Notes: generated by a model not told the origin, from the letters alone. A stretch of 64,000 nucleotides of DNA from Halorarum halobium (GCF_032116555.1 NZ_CP134949.1:1302001-1366000); one strand, 5' to 3'; positions 11,705-22,482 are shown, counted from the first letter of the stretch. Translations and numbers: made by a program.

Positions 11705-12886
11705 TCAGGCCGACTTGATCTCTTCCCAGGCGGTGATCCAGGACTCCTCGTTCTCGACGGCCTTGAACGGGATCATCTGTTCGAGGCGGGCCGGATCGAT
11801 CGAGCCGAACATCTCGTTCTCCTGCTCGGTGAGGTTGTCCTGCGTGTTCGGGTTGACGCTCGGCGAGTACCCCGCCTTCGCGAGGGTCGCGCCGTTCCGT
11901 GCGGAGATGTACTCGTTGATGACCTCCCAGGCGGCCTCCTCGTTGCTGGACGCGCTGGAGACGACGGCCGACTCGAACCACGCGAGCGACCCCTCCGTCG
12001 GGGCCGCCATCGTCGGCCAGTCGTTGTCGTTCGACCACATCTCGACGATCTCGTTGCGGCCGGACTGGCCGACGAGGAAGTTGCCCTGGTTGAAGTTCTT
12101 GATGTACGTCGGGTCCGCCGCGATGTACCCCTGGAGCCGCGGCTTCTGGTCGATCATCAGCTGTTTCACCTCGTCGATCTGATCCCCCGAGAGGGTCACC
12201 CTCGAACCCTCGAAGGCGTCGCGGTAGCCGAGGTACAGGGCCGCCGCGCTCATCGCCTTGAAGTGGTTGTCGTACATGATGAGGCTGCCGCCCAGGTCGG
12301 CGTCGACGTAGTCCTCCTCGAAGAGGACCTTGTAGCTGTCCTCGTGGTCGGAGACGCTCCGCGAGTCGTACGAGTAGCCGTACCACCCGAAGCGGATGGG
12401 GACGCCGTACATGTCCCCGCCGCTGGTGAACTGCGAGTCCGCGAAGTCCTTGAACACGTCGTAGACGGCGTCGTAGTTGCTGACGACGTCCTCCTGGACC
12501 GGCGAGACCAGGTCGGCGTTCATCATCTTCGGGACGTAGTTGTTGTTCGGGATGGCGATGTCGTACTGCTCGTTCTGTCCCGAGTTCCACGTCGAGAACA
12601 TCTCCGAGGACGACGTGGACTTCGTGATCGACAGGTTCACCCCGGCGTTCTCCTCAATCCGGGACTGGATGTCGTCGTTGGCGTACTCCTCCCAGGTCAG
12701 GATGTTGATGGTCGGCGTTCCGCCGCCACCGCCGCCCAGACAGCCGGCGGCACCGACGGTCGCGGCCGTGCCCGTGGCAGCGAGGAACCGTCGACGGCCG
12801 ACGGCCGGTCGGCCGTCGGAGCGGGAACCGTTCGTGGTGGAAGACTCGTCCGTCGCGCGGGAGCCGTGAGTGTCTTCAACTGGCAT
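11705..12886 (-). CDS. potD: ABC substrate-binding lipoprotein (PotD/PotF-like), Tat-exported
   Basis: Tat motif GRRRFLA, lipobox AAGC, NILTWEEY, YDIAIPNNNY. Confidence 0.85.
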   Translation of the reverse strand: MPVEDTHGSRATDESSTTNGSRSDGRPAVGRRRFLAATGTAATVGAAGCLGGGGGGTPTINILTWEEYANDDIQSRIEENAGVNLSITKSTSSSEMFSTWNSGQNEQYDIAIPNNNYVPKMMNADLVSPVQEDVVSNYDAVYDVFKDFADSQFTSGGDMYGVPIRFGWYGYSYDSRSVSDHEDSYKVLFEEDYVDADLGGSLIMYDNHFKAMSAAALYLGYRDAFEGSRVTLSGDQIDEVKQLMIDQKPRLQGYIAADPTYIKNFNQGNFLVGQSGRNEIVEMWSNDNDWPTMAAPTEGSLAWFESAVVSSASSNEEAAWEVINEYISARNGATLAKAGYSPSVNPNTQDNLTEQENEMFGSIDPARLEQMIPFKAVENEESWITAWEEIKSA

Positions 12887-13017
12887 ACCGACGAACCATC
12901 CCGATTCTAGTCAGTTAAATCCTTCCCGACGTCCTCCGATTTATCCCGAACGTCTCGGCCGGGGAGCGTGAGTTTTACTCCATTCGAGCGTGAGGGGGGT
13001 CTACGAGGGATACTCAC

Positions 13018-14103
13018 ATGGGAGACGTACTCGTCGATCTCGAGGACGTTCGAAAGGAGTTCGGCGACGTGACGGCCGTCGACGGCATCGATTTCGACAT
13101 CAAGGAGGGCGAGTTCTTCTCGCTGGTCGGGCCCTCCGGCTGCGGGAAGACGACGACGCTCCGGATGATAAGCGGCTTCGAGACGCCCAGTGACGGGACC
13201 GTCACCATCGGCGGCGAGCCGATGACGGGCGTCCCGCCCGAGGCCCGGGGGACGAACCTCGTCTTCCAGCACCTCTCGCTGTTCCCCCACATGACCGTCG
13301 GCGACAACGTCGCCTACGGCCTGAAAAAGGGCGGGTTGCCCGACGCGGACGGCGGAACCGACGGCGCCGGCGGCGAGGGGTCGACCGGGACCCGGCGCGA
13401 CCGCCTCGTGTCCGAATACCTCGACCTCGTCGACCTCGGCGGGTTCGAGGAGCGCAACCCGACCGAACTCTCGGGCGGCCAGCAACAGCGCGTCGCGCTG
13501 GCGCGGGCGCTGGTCAACCAGCCGTCGGTCCTCCTGCTCGACGAACCGCTGTCGAGTCTCGACCGGAAGCTCCGCAAGCGGATGCAGGTCGAACTCCGGA
13601 AGATCCACGAGAAGACGGAGGGCGCATTCTTCTACGTCACCCACGATCAGGAGGTCGCGATGACGCTCTCGGATCGGATCGCCGTGATGAACGACGGCTC
13701 GCTGGAACAGGTCGGGAGCCCCGAGGAGATCTATCGAAACCCGGCGACGCCGTTCGTCGCCGACTTCATCGGCGACACCAACCTGCTTCAGGGCGTCGCG
13801 GACGCCGACGGGGAGGCCACGGTGGTCGATCTCGATGGCGGTCGCATCGAGGTCGCCGGCGAGGCCAGCGGCCCGGTCGAGCTCTCGATCCGCCCCGAGG
13901 ACTTCCGGTTCGTCGCCGACGGCTCCCTGTCGGGGACGGTCGTCGAACGGTACTTCCAGGGCGATCAGACGAACTACGTGCTCGACGTCACCGCGGGCGT
14001 CCCGGAGCTCACGGTCGTCGTGCAGGGTCGGGACAGCCCGGTCGCCCCCGGCGACGACGTCGAACTGGCCGTCGACCCCGACGCGCCGGCCGTCTTCGCC
14101 TGA
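13018..14103 (+). CDS. potA: ABC transporter ATP-binding protein (PotA-like) with TOBE domain
   Basis: Walker A GPSGCGKT, LSGGQQQRVALARAL, LLLDEP, VTHDQE; divergent from the potD-B-C genes. Confidence 0.92.
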   Translation: MGDVLVDLEDVRKEFGDVTAVDGIDFDIKEGEFFSLVGPSGCGKTTTLRMISGFETPSDGTVTIGGEPMTGVPPEARGTNLVFQHLSLFPHMTVGDNVAYGLKKGGLPDADGGTDGAGGEGSTGTRRDRLVSEYLDLVDLGGFEERNPTELSGGQQQRVALARALVNQPSVLLLDEPLSSLDRKLRKRMQVELRKIHEKTEGAFFYVTHDQEVAMTLSDRIAVMNDGSLEQVGSPEEIYRNPATPFVADFIGDTNLLQGVADADGEATVVDLDGGRIEVAGEASGPVELSIRPEDFRFVADGSLSGTVVERYFQGDQTNYVLDVTAGVPELTVVVQGRDSPVAPGDDVELAVDPDAPAVFA

Positions 14104-14217
14104 CCGCCGGGGAACCGGCGTTCCCGGGGCCGATTCGTTTTCTCGCCCGTCCGGCCGTTCCGACGCTCCCGGAGCCACGCGAGGAGTAGGGGGCGCGCGA
14201 AACGCCCCGAAAATCAC

Positions 14218-14907
14218 CTACCCGCCGTCGCGTTCCGTCGCCGGATCGACGCTGCGCCCGGCGAGGTTGGCGGCCCTCCCGTCGAGCAACGCGGCGAGGA
14301 GGGCGACGACGGCCCCGGGGTCCGAGAGGGGGTCCCGGATCGGCCGGTCCCGTCCGGCCACGCGGTCGGCTCGGAGACCGTTCGCTCCCCGCAGCAAGCG
14401 GGCGTGACTGTAACCGCCGTCGCCGACGGCGAGCACCGGATCGTCGGGGTCGTGATCGGTCGGCGGGAACGCGGGGTTCTCGCTCCACACCTCCCCTTCC
14501 CAGTGGGTCGTCGTCGGCCGGTCGGGTTCGCCGCCGAACGCGAGCAATCGTGCCCCGGGCGGGAGGTCGAACTCGTCCTCCCGTTCGGCGTGGACGACGA
14601 CCGCGCGTGCGTCGGTCACGTCGTCGGCACCCGGATCCGCGCGGAACGCCGTGACTGCGCCCAGCAGCGTCGCCCCGAGGAACGTCAGGACCGGTTCGGG
14701 GGCGGGGCGCGGTTCGACGTCGACCACGTCGCCCGCGCGGACGCCGTGGTGGCTGAGGACGTTCCCGGCCTTGTACGCGGTCGTGCAGAGGTCCCGGTAG
14801 CTGAGCGTCCGGTCGCTCGCCGCGACGTGAAGCGCGGTCGTCCGGTCCCGCCGGTCGCGCGCGAGGAGGTCGCCGACGAGCGTCGCATCCGGCAGGGGGT
14901 CGGGCAT
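14218..14907 (-). CDS. Truncated AMP-binding-like hypothetical protein
   Basis: Resembles the N-terminal part of acyl-CoA synthetases (TLSYRDL..KAGNVLSHHGVRAGDVV) but lacks the SGTTG motif; lies downstream of dnaJ. Confidence 0.7.
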   Translation of the reverse strand: MPDPLPDATLVGDLLARDRRDRTTALHVAASDRTLSYRDLCTTAYKAGNVLSHHGVRAGDVVDVEPRPAPEPVLTFLGATLLGAVTAFRADPGADDVTDARAVVVHAEREDEFDLPPGARLLAFGGEPDRPTTTHWEGEVWSENPAFPPTDHDPDDPVLAVGDGGYSHARLLRGANGLRADRVAGRDRPIRDPLSDPGAVVALLAALLDGRAANLAGRSVDPATERDGG

Positions 14908-14976
14908 GGGCGTCGGTTCGGGGCCGGGGACAAAGAGTGGCGCGGGAGCGGTCCGGGTCGCTCCGAGCGGTAGCGG

Positions 14977-16149
14977 TCAGAACGAGTTCTTGATCTTCTC
15001 GAAGAACCCCTCGCTGACGTCGATCTCCTCGCCGCCGGCCTCCGCGAACTCGCGCAGCGCCTCGCGCTGGTCGTCGCTGAGGTCCTCGGGGGTCACGACC
15101 TGCACCTGCACGTAGAGGTCGCCCTCGCCCCGCCCGCGGAGGCGGGGCATCCCCTTGCCGCGCAGGCGGAACGTCTCCCCCGACTGGGTGCCGGCCGGCA
15201 CGTCGAACTCGACCGCGCCGTCGAGCGTCTCCAGTTCGATGGTGTCGCCGAACGTCGCCTGCGGGAACGAGATGGGCCGGGTGAGCCGCAGGTCCGCGCC
15301 GTCGCGCTCGAAGCGCTCGTCGTCCGCGACGTGGATCTCGATCAGCAGGTCGCCGTCCCGCGCGCCGGGTTCGCCGGGCGCGCCCTCGCCGTCCATCCGG
15401 AGGCTCTGGCCGTCCCGAATCCCGGCGGGCACGTCGACGGTGAGCGTCGACTCCTCGCGCACCACGCCGCCGCCGTCACAGCGCGCGCAGTCCTCGGAGT
15501 ACAGTTCGCCCTCGCCCTCACAGCGCCGGCAGGTCGTCGCCTGCTGGACCCGCCCGAGCGGCGTCTGCTGGACCTGGGTCACCTGCCCCTGGCCGTTGCA
15601 CTCGGGACAGGTCCGCACGTCGGCGTCGGGCGGATGCCCCTCGCCGTCGCAGTCGGGACAGCGCTGCGGCCGTGCGGCGGTGAACTGCTTCGTGACTCCC
15701 TCGTAGGCCTCCTCAAGCGTGACCTCGAGGCTCGTCCGGAGGTCCTTGCCCGGACGCGGGCCGCCGCGGCCGCGTCCACCGCCGCCGCCGAAGAACTCCT
15801 CGAAGATGTCGCCGAGACCGCCCATGCCGCCGCCGCCCATTCCACCGCCGCCCATGCCGCCGAACGGGTTGCCCTGGCCGCCCATCCCGCCGGCGCCGCC
15901 GCCGTCGAAGCCGCCGCGCTTCTCGGCCTGCTCGAAGCGGTCGTGGCCCATCTGGTCGTACGCCTGACGCTTCTCCTCGTCGGTGAGCACCTCCTGAGCC
16001 TTCTTGACCTTCTTGAACTTCTCCTCGGCGTTCGGGTCGTCGCTCACGTCCGGGTGGTACTCGGTCGCCTTCTGGCGGTACGCCTGCTTGATCTCGTCCT
16101 CGGAGGCGTCGCGCGAGACCCCCAGCACCTCGTAGAAGTCCTCGCTCAT
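14977..16149 (-). CDS. dnaJ: Chaperone DnaJ
   Basis: J domain with HPD, G/F-rich linker and four CxxCxGxG repeats. Confidence 0.98.
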   Translation of the reverse strand: MSEDFYEVLGVSRDASEDEIKQAYRQKATEYHPDVSDDPNAEEKFKKVKKAQEVLTDEEKRQAYDQMGHDRFEQAEKRGGFDGGGAGGMGGQGNPFGGMGGGGMGGGGMGGLGDIFEEFFGGGGGRGRGGPRPGKDLRTSLEVTLEEAYEGVTKQFTAARPQRCPDCDGEGHPPDADVRTCPECNGQGQVTQVQQTPLGRVQQATTCRRCEGEGELYSEDCARCDGGGVVREESTLTVDVPAGIRDGQSLRMDGEGAPGEPGARDGDLLIEIHVADDERFERDGADLRLTRPISFPQATFGDTIELETLDGAVEFDVPAGTQSGETFRLRGKGMPRLRGRGEGDLYVQVQVVTPEDLSDDQREALREFAEAGGEEIDVSEGFFEKIKNSF

Positions 16150-16314
16150 GGTCGTGTTATCAGTGTCATGGCCGTCGTGCTATTTGAAACGCGTGACTCC
16201 GTGTTCTCGTTTTCGGGTGGCGTGGCTGAGATTCCGGCGGGGTTCGACTGATTTCGGCGTCCGTCGATTGCGGGTGGTTCGGCCGGGCGGACCACTCCCC
16301 CTAGCTCACCTGAA

Positions 16315-16440
16315 ACCGCACCGCACCGGACCACGTCCTCCCCAGCCGATTGCGCTCCTCGCTCGCTTCGCTCGCCTGCGGTGCTCATCCCTCACGCGCG
16401 AGAGCGAGCCCCACGAGGGCGCTCGCGGACACGCGCGCCA
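16315..16440. repeat. Modular palindromic intergenic repeat (copy 2)
   Basis: ACCGCACCGC..CTCCCCAGCC..TTGCGCTCCTCGC..CGGTGCTCATCCCTC..CCCACGAGGG..CGCGCGCCA aligns with 5841-5965. Confidence 0.8.
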
Positions 16441-16494
16441 CCGCGCCGGCTGGTCGTCCGAGCGAGGCGGGGAGGAAATCGGGTTTTCCGCGCG

Positions 16495-18423
16495 TTAGTC
16501 CTCGTCGGAGTCGTCCTCGTCGTCCACGTCCTCGAAGTCGGCGTCGACGTACTCCTCGTCGTCGCCGCCGGCACCCGCGGCGCCGCCGGGGCCGGCCCCG
16601 CCGCCCATGCCGCCGGGACCGGCGCCCGCCGCGCCCTCCGGACCGCCGGCACCGCCCGGCCCGGCCTGCGCGCCCTGCGCCTGCTGGTACATCTGCTTGC
16701 CAATCTCCTGCAGTTCGGTCGAGAGCTCCTCGGTCGCGTCCCGCAGTTCCTCGGTCTCGGCGTCCTCGTCCTCGAGGACTTCTTCGACGTCGGCGATGGC
16801 GTCCTCGATGTCGCTCGCGAGCTCATCGTCGACCTCTTCCTCGTTCTCCTCGAGGAGCGTGTTCGCGCGCTGGACCGCGCTCTCGGCCTCGTTGCGGGCC
16901 TCGATGTGCTCGCGCCGGGCCTCGTCCTCCTCGGCGTGCTCCTCGGCCTCCTCCTGCATCCGGTCGATCTCCTCGTCCGAGAGGCCCGCGCCGCCCTCGA
17001 TGGTGATCGATTCGGCGTTGCCCGAGCCCTGGTCCTCGGCCTCGACGTTGACGATGCCGTTCTCGTCGATGTTGAACGACACCTCGATCTGGGGGGTGCC
17101 GGCGGGGGCGGGCGGGATGCCCGAGAGCTGGAACTCGCCGAGCAGTTCGTTCTCCTCGGCGATCTCGCGCTCGCCCTGGAACACGCGGACCTGGACGGAC
17201 GTCTGGTTCGCGGCCGCCGTGGTGAACACCTTCGACTCCTCGGTCGGGATGGTCGTGTTCTTGTCGATCAGCCGCTCGAAGAGCCCGCCCTTCACCTCGA
17301 TGCCCAGCGAGAGCGGGGTGACGTCGAGCAGCACGAGGTCGTCGACGTCGCCCGAGAGCACGCCGCCCTGGATCGCCGCGCCGAGCGCGACCGCCTCGTC
17401 GGGGTTGACGTTCTTCTTCGGCTCCTGGCCGACGAGTTCCTCGACCTGTGCTTGCACCTGGGGCATCCGGGTCGACCCGCCGACGAGGATCACCTCGTCG
17501 ATGTCGTCGGCGTCATAGCCCGCGTCCGAGAGCGCCTGCTCGGTCGGCCCGACGGTCCGCTCCACGAGATTCGAGGTGAGCGACTCGAACGTCGCGCGCG
17601 TCAGTTCGGTCTCGAGGTGGACCGGCCCCGAGTCGGTCGCGGTGATGAACGGGAGGTTGATGTTCGTCTGCTTGCGCGAACTGAGTTCGATCTTCGCCTC
17701 CTCGGCAGCGTCCTTCAGCCGCTGGAGCGCCTGCCGGTCCTCGCGCAGGTCGATGCCGTGGTCGTTCTCGAACTCCTCGGCGAGGTGGTCGATGACCGCC
17801 TCGTCCCAGTCGTCGCCGCCCAGGTCGTTGTCCCCGTTGGTGGCGACGACCTCGTACACGCCGCCGCCCAGATCGAGGACGGAAACGTCGAACGTCCCGC
17901 CGCCGAGGTCGTACACGAGCACCGTCTGGTCCGAGTCGTCGTCCAGCCCGTACGCCATCGACGCCGCGGTCGGCTCGTTGACGATGCGGTCGACCTCGAA
18001 GCCCGCGATCTCGCCGGCGTCCTTCGTCGCCTGGCGCTGCTTGTCGTTGAAGTACGCGGGGACGGTGATCACCGCCCTTTCGACGTCGTCGCCGAGGTAC
18101 TCCTCCGCGTCGCGCTTGATCTTCTGGAGGATCATCGCCGAGAGCTGCTCGGGCGTGTACTCCTCGCCGTCGATCTCGACCGAGTAGCCCTCCTCGCCCA
18201 TGTGCCGCTTGATGGACTGGATGGTCCGGTCGGGGTTCTGGACCGCCTGGTTCTTCGCGGGCTTGCCCACGAGTCGCTCGCCGTCGTCGGAGAACGCGAC
18301 GACGGAGGGGGTCGTCCGGTCGCCCTCGCCGTTCACGATGATCTCCGGGTCGCCGCCTTCCATCACTGCGAACGCGGAGTTCGTCGTTCCGAGGTCGATC
18401 CCCAGAATCTTGTCACTCGCCAT
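16495..18423 (-). CDS. dnaK: Chaperone DnaK (Hsp70)
   Basis: [36 protein letters not shown]. Confidence 0.99.
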   Translation of the reverse strand: MASDKILGIDLGTTNSAFAVMEGGDPEIIVNGEGDRTTPSVVAFSDDGERLVGKPAKNQAVQNPDRTIQSIKRHMGEEGYSVEIDGEEYTPEQLSAMILQKIKRDAEEYLGDDVERAVITVPAYFNDKQRQATKDAGEIAGFEVDRIVNEPTAASMAYGLDDDSDQTVLVYDLGGGTFDVSVLDLGGGVYEVVATNGDNDLGGDDWDEAVIDHLAEEFENDHGIDLREDRQALQRLKDAAEEAKIELSSRKQTNINLPFITATDSGPVHLETELTRATFESLTSNLVERTVGPTEQALSDAGYDADDIDEVILVGGSTRMPQVQAQVEELVGQEPKKNVNPDEAVALGAAIQGGVLSGDVDDLVLLDVTPLSLGIEVKGGLFERLIDKNTTIPTEESKVFTTAAANQTSVQVRVFQGEREIAEENELLGEFQLSGIPPAPAGTPQIEVSFNIDENGIVNVEAEDQGSGNAESITIEGGAGLSDEEIDRMQEEAEEHAEEDEARREHIEARNEAESAVQRANTLLEENEEEVDDELASDIEDAIADVEEVLEDEDAETEELRDATEELSTELQEIGKQMYQQAQGAQAGPGGAGGPEGAAGAGPGGMGGGAGPGGAAGAGGDDEEYVDADFEDVDDEDDSDED

Positions 18424-18447
18424 ATTACCTGCATCTACGCGGCCCGA

Positions 18448-18472
18448 TTCCGTTAAAGGTTACTAGATAGGG
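18448..18472 (-). promoter_or_regulatory. Putative TATA-like promoter of dnaK
   Basis: Minus strand reads CTATCTAGTAACCTTTAACG, with TTTAA about 30 nt upstream of the dnaK ATG, the spacing of a leaderless haloarchaeal transcript. Confidence 0.5.
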
Positions 18473-18645
18473 AGCCACACGCCCGAACATCGGGTCGTCG
18501 CTTGATGGCGATTCTCTCGCCGACCGTGCGCCCGTAGTGACAACGCTTATCACGAACCGCGATTCGAGGCGCGTCCCGTCGACGCGCCGGGGCCGCCCGC
18601 GCCCGCCGACGGGCGGAGGCTCGACGTCTCCCCGTCTCCGCTGAG

Positions 18646-19290
18646 CTACTCCTCGTCCTCGCTGACGGTGACCTGTGCGGCCTCGATGACCTTCCCGGCC
18701 ATCTCGTAGCCGGGCTTGTACACGTCGGCGACCGTCCCGGCGGGGTGGTCGCTGGCGACGCGCATCATGACCTCGTGGCGCTCGGGGTCGACCTCCTCGC
18801 CCGGTTCCGGGTCGAGGACCTCGACGTTCTCGTCGGCCAGCACCCGATCGAACGTCTCCAGCGTCGACTCGACGCCGGGGCGGATGTCGGCGTCCCCGTC
18901 CTGTTCGAGCGCGCGGACGAGGTTATCCCGAACCTCGGTGAGTCGGCCGACGAGGTCCTCGGTCGCGCGCTCCTTCTCCCGTTCCTGTCGCTTCTTCGCC
19001 CGCTTCTTGTAGTTCTGGAAGTCCGCCTTCGTCCGCGCGAGGCTCGACTCCAGTTCCTCCGCGCGCGACTCGGCCTCGCTCGCACGCTCCTCGGCCTCCT
19101 CCACGCGCGACTCCAGCTCGGCGACGGCCGCCGCGAGTTCGTCGTCGTGGGCCGCGACCTCGGTCGCGAGCGCCGCCTCGGCCTCCGCGTCCCGCGTCTC
19201 CCCGTCGGCGACGGCGTCCGACTCTTCCGTCTCGACGTTCCCGTCGGCGACCTCCGGTTCCTCCGGCTCGGTTCCGGCGTCCTCGCTCAT
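18646..19290 (-). CDS. grpE: Nucleotide exchange factor GrpE
   Basis: ADFQNYKKR, DNLVRAL, DPERHEVM, GYEMAGKVI; upstream of dnaK. Confidence 0.96.
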   Translation of the reverse strand: MSEDAGTEPEEPEVADGNVETEESDAVADGETRDAEAEAALATEVAAHDDELAAAVAELESRVEEAEERASEAESRAEELESSLARTKADFQNYKKRAKKRQEREKERATEDLVGRLTEVRDNLVRALEQDGDADIRPGVESTLETFDRVLADENVEVLDPEPGEEVDPERHEVMMRVASDHPAGTVADVYKPGYEMAGKVIEAAQVTVSEDEE

Positions 19291-19421
19291 ACGTCGATGG
19301 AATCGGTCGGCGGGGATAAGGGTTGTAGAATCCGCGCGGTCCTCCCGGCTACCTGCCCGGTCGATTCGGATGACGCGGCTGCTGATCGGCGGACGTGACC
19401 GGCCGGCCGGCCCCCGTCGGG

Positions 19422-19505
19422 TTAGAAGAGCGTGACCGCGTACGCCAGCGACGAGAACACCATCAGTCCGACCAGCACGAGGGCGAGCACCTGTTGTCGG
19501 TCCAT
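19422..19505 (-). CDS. 27-aa single-TM microprotein
   Basis: Manual translation MDRQQVLALVLVGLMVFSSLAYAVTLF*; GC-rich third positions; AATTAA about 25-30 nt upstream. Confidence 0.65.
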   Translation of the reverse strand: MDRQQVLALVLVGLMVFSSLAYAVTLF

Positions 19506-19556
19506 GTCGCTACGAGAGGCGGTCCCGTGTTAATTCCTCGGGGTCGCCGGGTCGAC

Positions 19557-20309
19557 TCACTGGTACATCCGGAGCCGCTGGGCCTGTGAGGAGTTCTCGT
19601 CCTCCTCGCTCATCCGCCGCGCGAGCTGCTCTTTCGCCTCCTGGATCTGGTCAGCGTGTGCCTCGAGGTCCCTCGTCGGCACGTCGATGCCGGCGACGGG
19701 GGCGATCCCGTCCTCGATGACCCGCTTTGCGGCGAGCGGGTCGGGGAACCGCGGGTCACACTCCGCGATGAGGCCGACTGCGGTGAGGTCGGTTTCGAGC
19801 GCGTGGTTCAACAGCGCGCCCGTCGGCCCGGAGGCGATGCCCGCCTCGTCGGGGGCGGGAACCCCCGCGCGATCGAGGAGCACCGCGCCGTCGCCGGCGG
19901 CGACGCCGAACATCGCCGCGTCACCCTCCGGCTCCGACCCCTCCCGTCGCTGGCGTTTGAGCCCCGCGACGTACGCCGGCGTCACGGACGCCTCGCGGAA
20001 CCAGTCGGTGAGACAGTCCGCGAACTCCGTCGCCGCCTCCGGCGAGACGGGCACGTCCGACTGGAGGACGAGCAGGTCGCGCTCGCCGTCGGCGTACAGC
20101 CGAACGGGGGTTCGGACGGCCCGATCGCCCGCGCCGAAGGCGGCCGATTTCGGGAGCGACTCGCAGTGGACGTCCCCGTAGTGAACCATGTCGAACGCCG
20201 CGACGAGGTGGTCGGCGGCGATCTTCCCGACGAGGCCGACGCCCGGGAACCCCTCCACGAGCACCGGGTCGGAGAGCGACACGTCCGTCCGCACGTCGAT
20301 TCGCGCCAT
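19557..20309 (-). CDS. PAC2-family proteasome assembly chaperone (paralog 1)
   Basis: LVEGFPGVGLVGKIAADHL, GPTGALL, FPDP; C-terminus MYQ. Confidence 0.9.
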   Translation of the reverse strand: MARIDVRTDVSLSDPVLVEGFPGVGLVGKIAADHLVAAFDMVHYGDVHCESLPKSAAFGAGDRAVRTPVRLYADGERDLLVLQSDVPVSPEAATEFADCLTDWFREASVTPAYVAGLKRQRREGSEPEGDAAMFGVAAGDGAVLLDRAGVPAPDEAGIASGPTGALLNHALETDLTAVGLIAECDPRFPDPLAAKRVIEDGIAPVAGIDVPTRDLEAHADQIQEAKEQLARRMSEEDENSSQAQRLRMYQ

Positions 20310-20445
20310 GTCCGATCCTCCTCGGCGGGGGACCGTAAAGGTGCGCCGCGCGGGGAACCGGACTCGGTGACCGTCCGTGGAGTCCCGAGCCGTCGCCGCC
20401 CGCCGTGTCGAAACCGACAAACGCGACCCCGCCGAACCCGGGTGC

Positions 20446-21414
20446 ATGAACCCCCTCGACCGCTACGGGCCCCTCGTCGACGACGAGGCCGCGTTCCGGG
20501 CCGCCTGCGAGCGCCCGCTTCCCTCGGTCGTCCGGACGAACCCCATCAGGGCCGGGCCGGACAGGGTCGCCGAGGCGTTCGACGAGGAGGGAACCGGCTA
20601 CGAGCGCGTCGACTGGCACGAGGGCCTCTTCCGGCTCGACGAGCGGACGCCGGGGACGACGTGGCCCTACGCCCACGGCTGGGTCCACGGACAGGAGGAG
20701 GTGTCGGCGCTGCCGGCGCTCGCACTCGACCCCCGGCCCGGCGAGCGCGTCTGGGACGCCTGCGCCGCGCCGGGGAGCAAGACGAGCCAGCTCGCCGGGC
20801 TGATGGAGGACCGCGGCGCGCTCATCGGCAACGACTCGAACCTCGGTCGCATCTCCGCGCTCCGGCACAACGCCGAGCGCCTCGGGGTCACGAACCTCGT
20901 CGTCGACCAGCAGGACGCGCGCAACTACTCGCTGAACGGGTTCGGCTTCGACGAGTTCGACCGGGCGCTCGTCGACGCGCCGTGCTCCTGTGAGGGGACG
21001 ATCCGCAAGAACCCCGACACGCTCGAGAAGTGGACGCTCCAGCACGTCCACGAGGTCGCCGGCATCCAGAAGGGCATCCTCAAGCGCGCCGTGCAGGCGA
21101 CGAAACCCGGCGGCGTCGTCGTCTACTCCACCTGCACGTTCGCGCCCGAGGAGAACGAGGCCGTCCTCGACCACGTGCTGGCAGAGGAGGACTGCGAGGT
21201 CCTCGACTGGGACTGCCCCCTCGACTCCCGCCCCGGCGTCACCGGGTGGGAGGACGAGACGTACGACGAGCAGGTGAGGCGGGCGACCCGCGTCTACCCG
21301 CACTTCAACGACACCGGCGGGTTCTTCCTCGCGAAACTTCGCGTGGGTGGCGACCCGGAGGGGGGCAAAGAGGGTGCTTCGACCGGCGAAGGAGCCACGG
21401 GGGTGGGTGCCTGA
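20446..21414 (+). CDS. RsmB/NOP2-family RNA m5C methyltransferase
   Basis: DACAAPGSKT, DAPCSCEG, YSTCT (both catalytic Cys), TGGFFLAKL; start MNPLDRY. Confidence 0.94.
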   Translation: MNPLDRYGPLVDDEAAFRAACERPLPSVVRTNPIRAGPDRVAEAFDEEGTGYERVDWHEGLFRLDERTPGTTWPYAHGWVHGQEEVSALPALALDPRPGERVWDACAAPGSKTSQLAGLMEDRGALIGNDSNLGRISALRHNAERLGVTNLVVDQQDARNYSLNGFGFDEFDRALVDAPCSCEGTIRKNPDTLEKWTLQHVHEVAGIQKGILKRAVQATKPGGVVVYSTCTFAPEENEAVLDHVLAEEDCEVLDWDCPLDSRPGVTGWEDETYDEQVRRATRVYPHFNDTGGFFLAKLRVGGDPEGGKEGASTGEGATGVGA

Positions 21415-21941
21415 TGGCCGAGCACGACAACGACGGCCAGCAGTTCGACCGCCTCCCCGCGACGGCGGCCGATCGCGAGATCGTGGGGCGCGCCACGCGC
21501 GCCGAGGTGCTGGACTGGTGGGAGGAGCGCTTCGCCGTCCCGGCCGAGACGTTCGACGGCTACACGTTCTGGGAGAAGGGCGCGGGGAAGATCTGGGCGT
21601 TCGCGGCCGACGTCCCGACGCCACAGGTCCGGGAGGGCGTCGGCATCACCTTCCTCCGCACCCGCCAAGAGCACTGGAAACCGACGACGACGGCGGCGAT
21701 GCGCTGGGGTCGGCTGGCGACGCGAAACGTGATCGACCTCTCGCCTGGCCAGGCCCGCGCGTTCGCGGCCGGCCACGATCAGGACCTGCCCGGCTGGGAG
21801 GGCGACTGGGGCTACCTGATCGCGACCCACGAGATCGCCGGCGGGCGCGAACCGATCGGCGTCGGGCTCTACCTCTACGACGAGCTTCGCTCGGTCGTAC
21901 CGAAGGGGTATCAGGAGGAACTCCCGGAGCGACCGCGCTAG
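21414..21941 (+). CDS. Conserved haloarchaeal protein coupled to the m5C methyltransferase (NIP7/PUA-like)
   Basis: TGATG overlap with the upstream stop; WEKGAGKIW, WKPTT, ATRNVIDL; family assignment is inference. Confidence 0.75.
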   Translation: MAEHDNDGQQFDRLPATAADREIVGRATRAEVLDWWEERFAVPAETFDGYTFWEKGAGKIWAFAADVPTPQVREGVGITFLRTRQEHWKPTTTAAMRWGRLATRNVIDLSPGQARAFAAGHDQDLPGWEGDWGYLIATHEIAGGREPIGVGLYLYDELRSVVPKGYQEELPERPR

Positions 21942-22075
21942 GCGGCAGTCGATCGTTCGCCTCGAGCGACGCACTGGCGGCCGTTCGAGCAGGCGGAGCC
22001 GGACTTCCGAATCGCGACGTCAGCCGGAGACCGTAGCCGAATCCTACTCGTCCCGACGACCCGTGACGGGCGACG

Positions 22076-22315
22076 TTACCCCTCCGTCTCCGAGAGCAGG
22101 TCGGTGAGGCGGTCGAGCCCGAGCGTGGCCACGAAGAAGGCGGTTCCGATGTACAGCAGCGACTGCGGTCCGGCGACGAGGCGAGTTACGAACGCGTTTC
22201 CGTAGCCGATCAGCGTCCCGAGAAAGCCGAGGATGGACATCGTCCATCCGAGGCCGGTGACTCCCGCGAGCTGGTTGAGGACGTTCTTCGACCACGGTCT
22301 CTCTTTTCGGGGCAT
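22076..22315 (-). CDS. Small two-TM membrane protein
   Basis: MPRKERPW start; two hydrophobic segments. Confidence 0.65.
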   Translation of the reverse strand: MPRKERPWSKNVLNQLAGVTGLGWTMSILGFLGTLIGYGNAFVTRLVAGPQSLLYIGTAFFVATLGLDRLTDLLSETEG

Positions 22316-22482
22316 GGGTGGGTAGTACACGCTTACCGGCGAGTAAGCCATGAAGATTTTTCCGGGATGGGAGCGGGGTGGTTACCAGTTACGCGCCCGT
22401 CTCTGAGGGAAACTGCCCCGATGCAGACGCGGCGGCCAGCGCGTTCCGAGCCGGGTCGGGGATCGAGTCGGTTCCCCGAACG

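Noticed and set aside
16381..18456. 691-aa + strand ORF opposite dnaK, and similar long ORFs opposite potD, the CoA ligase, the sulfatase and mat
   Set aside because: Typical stop-poor antisense frames in high-GC coding DNA; no independent motifs.
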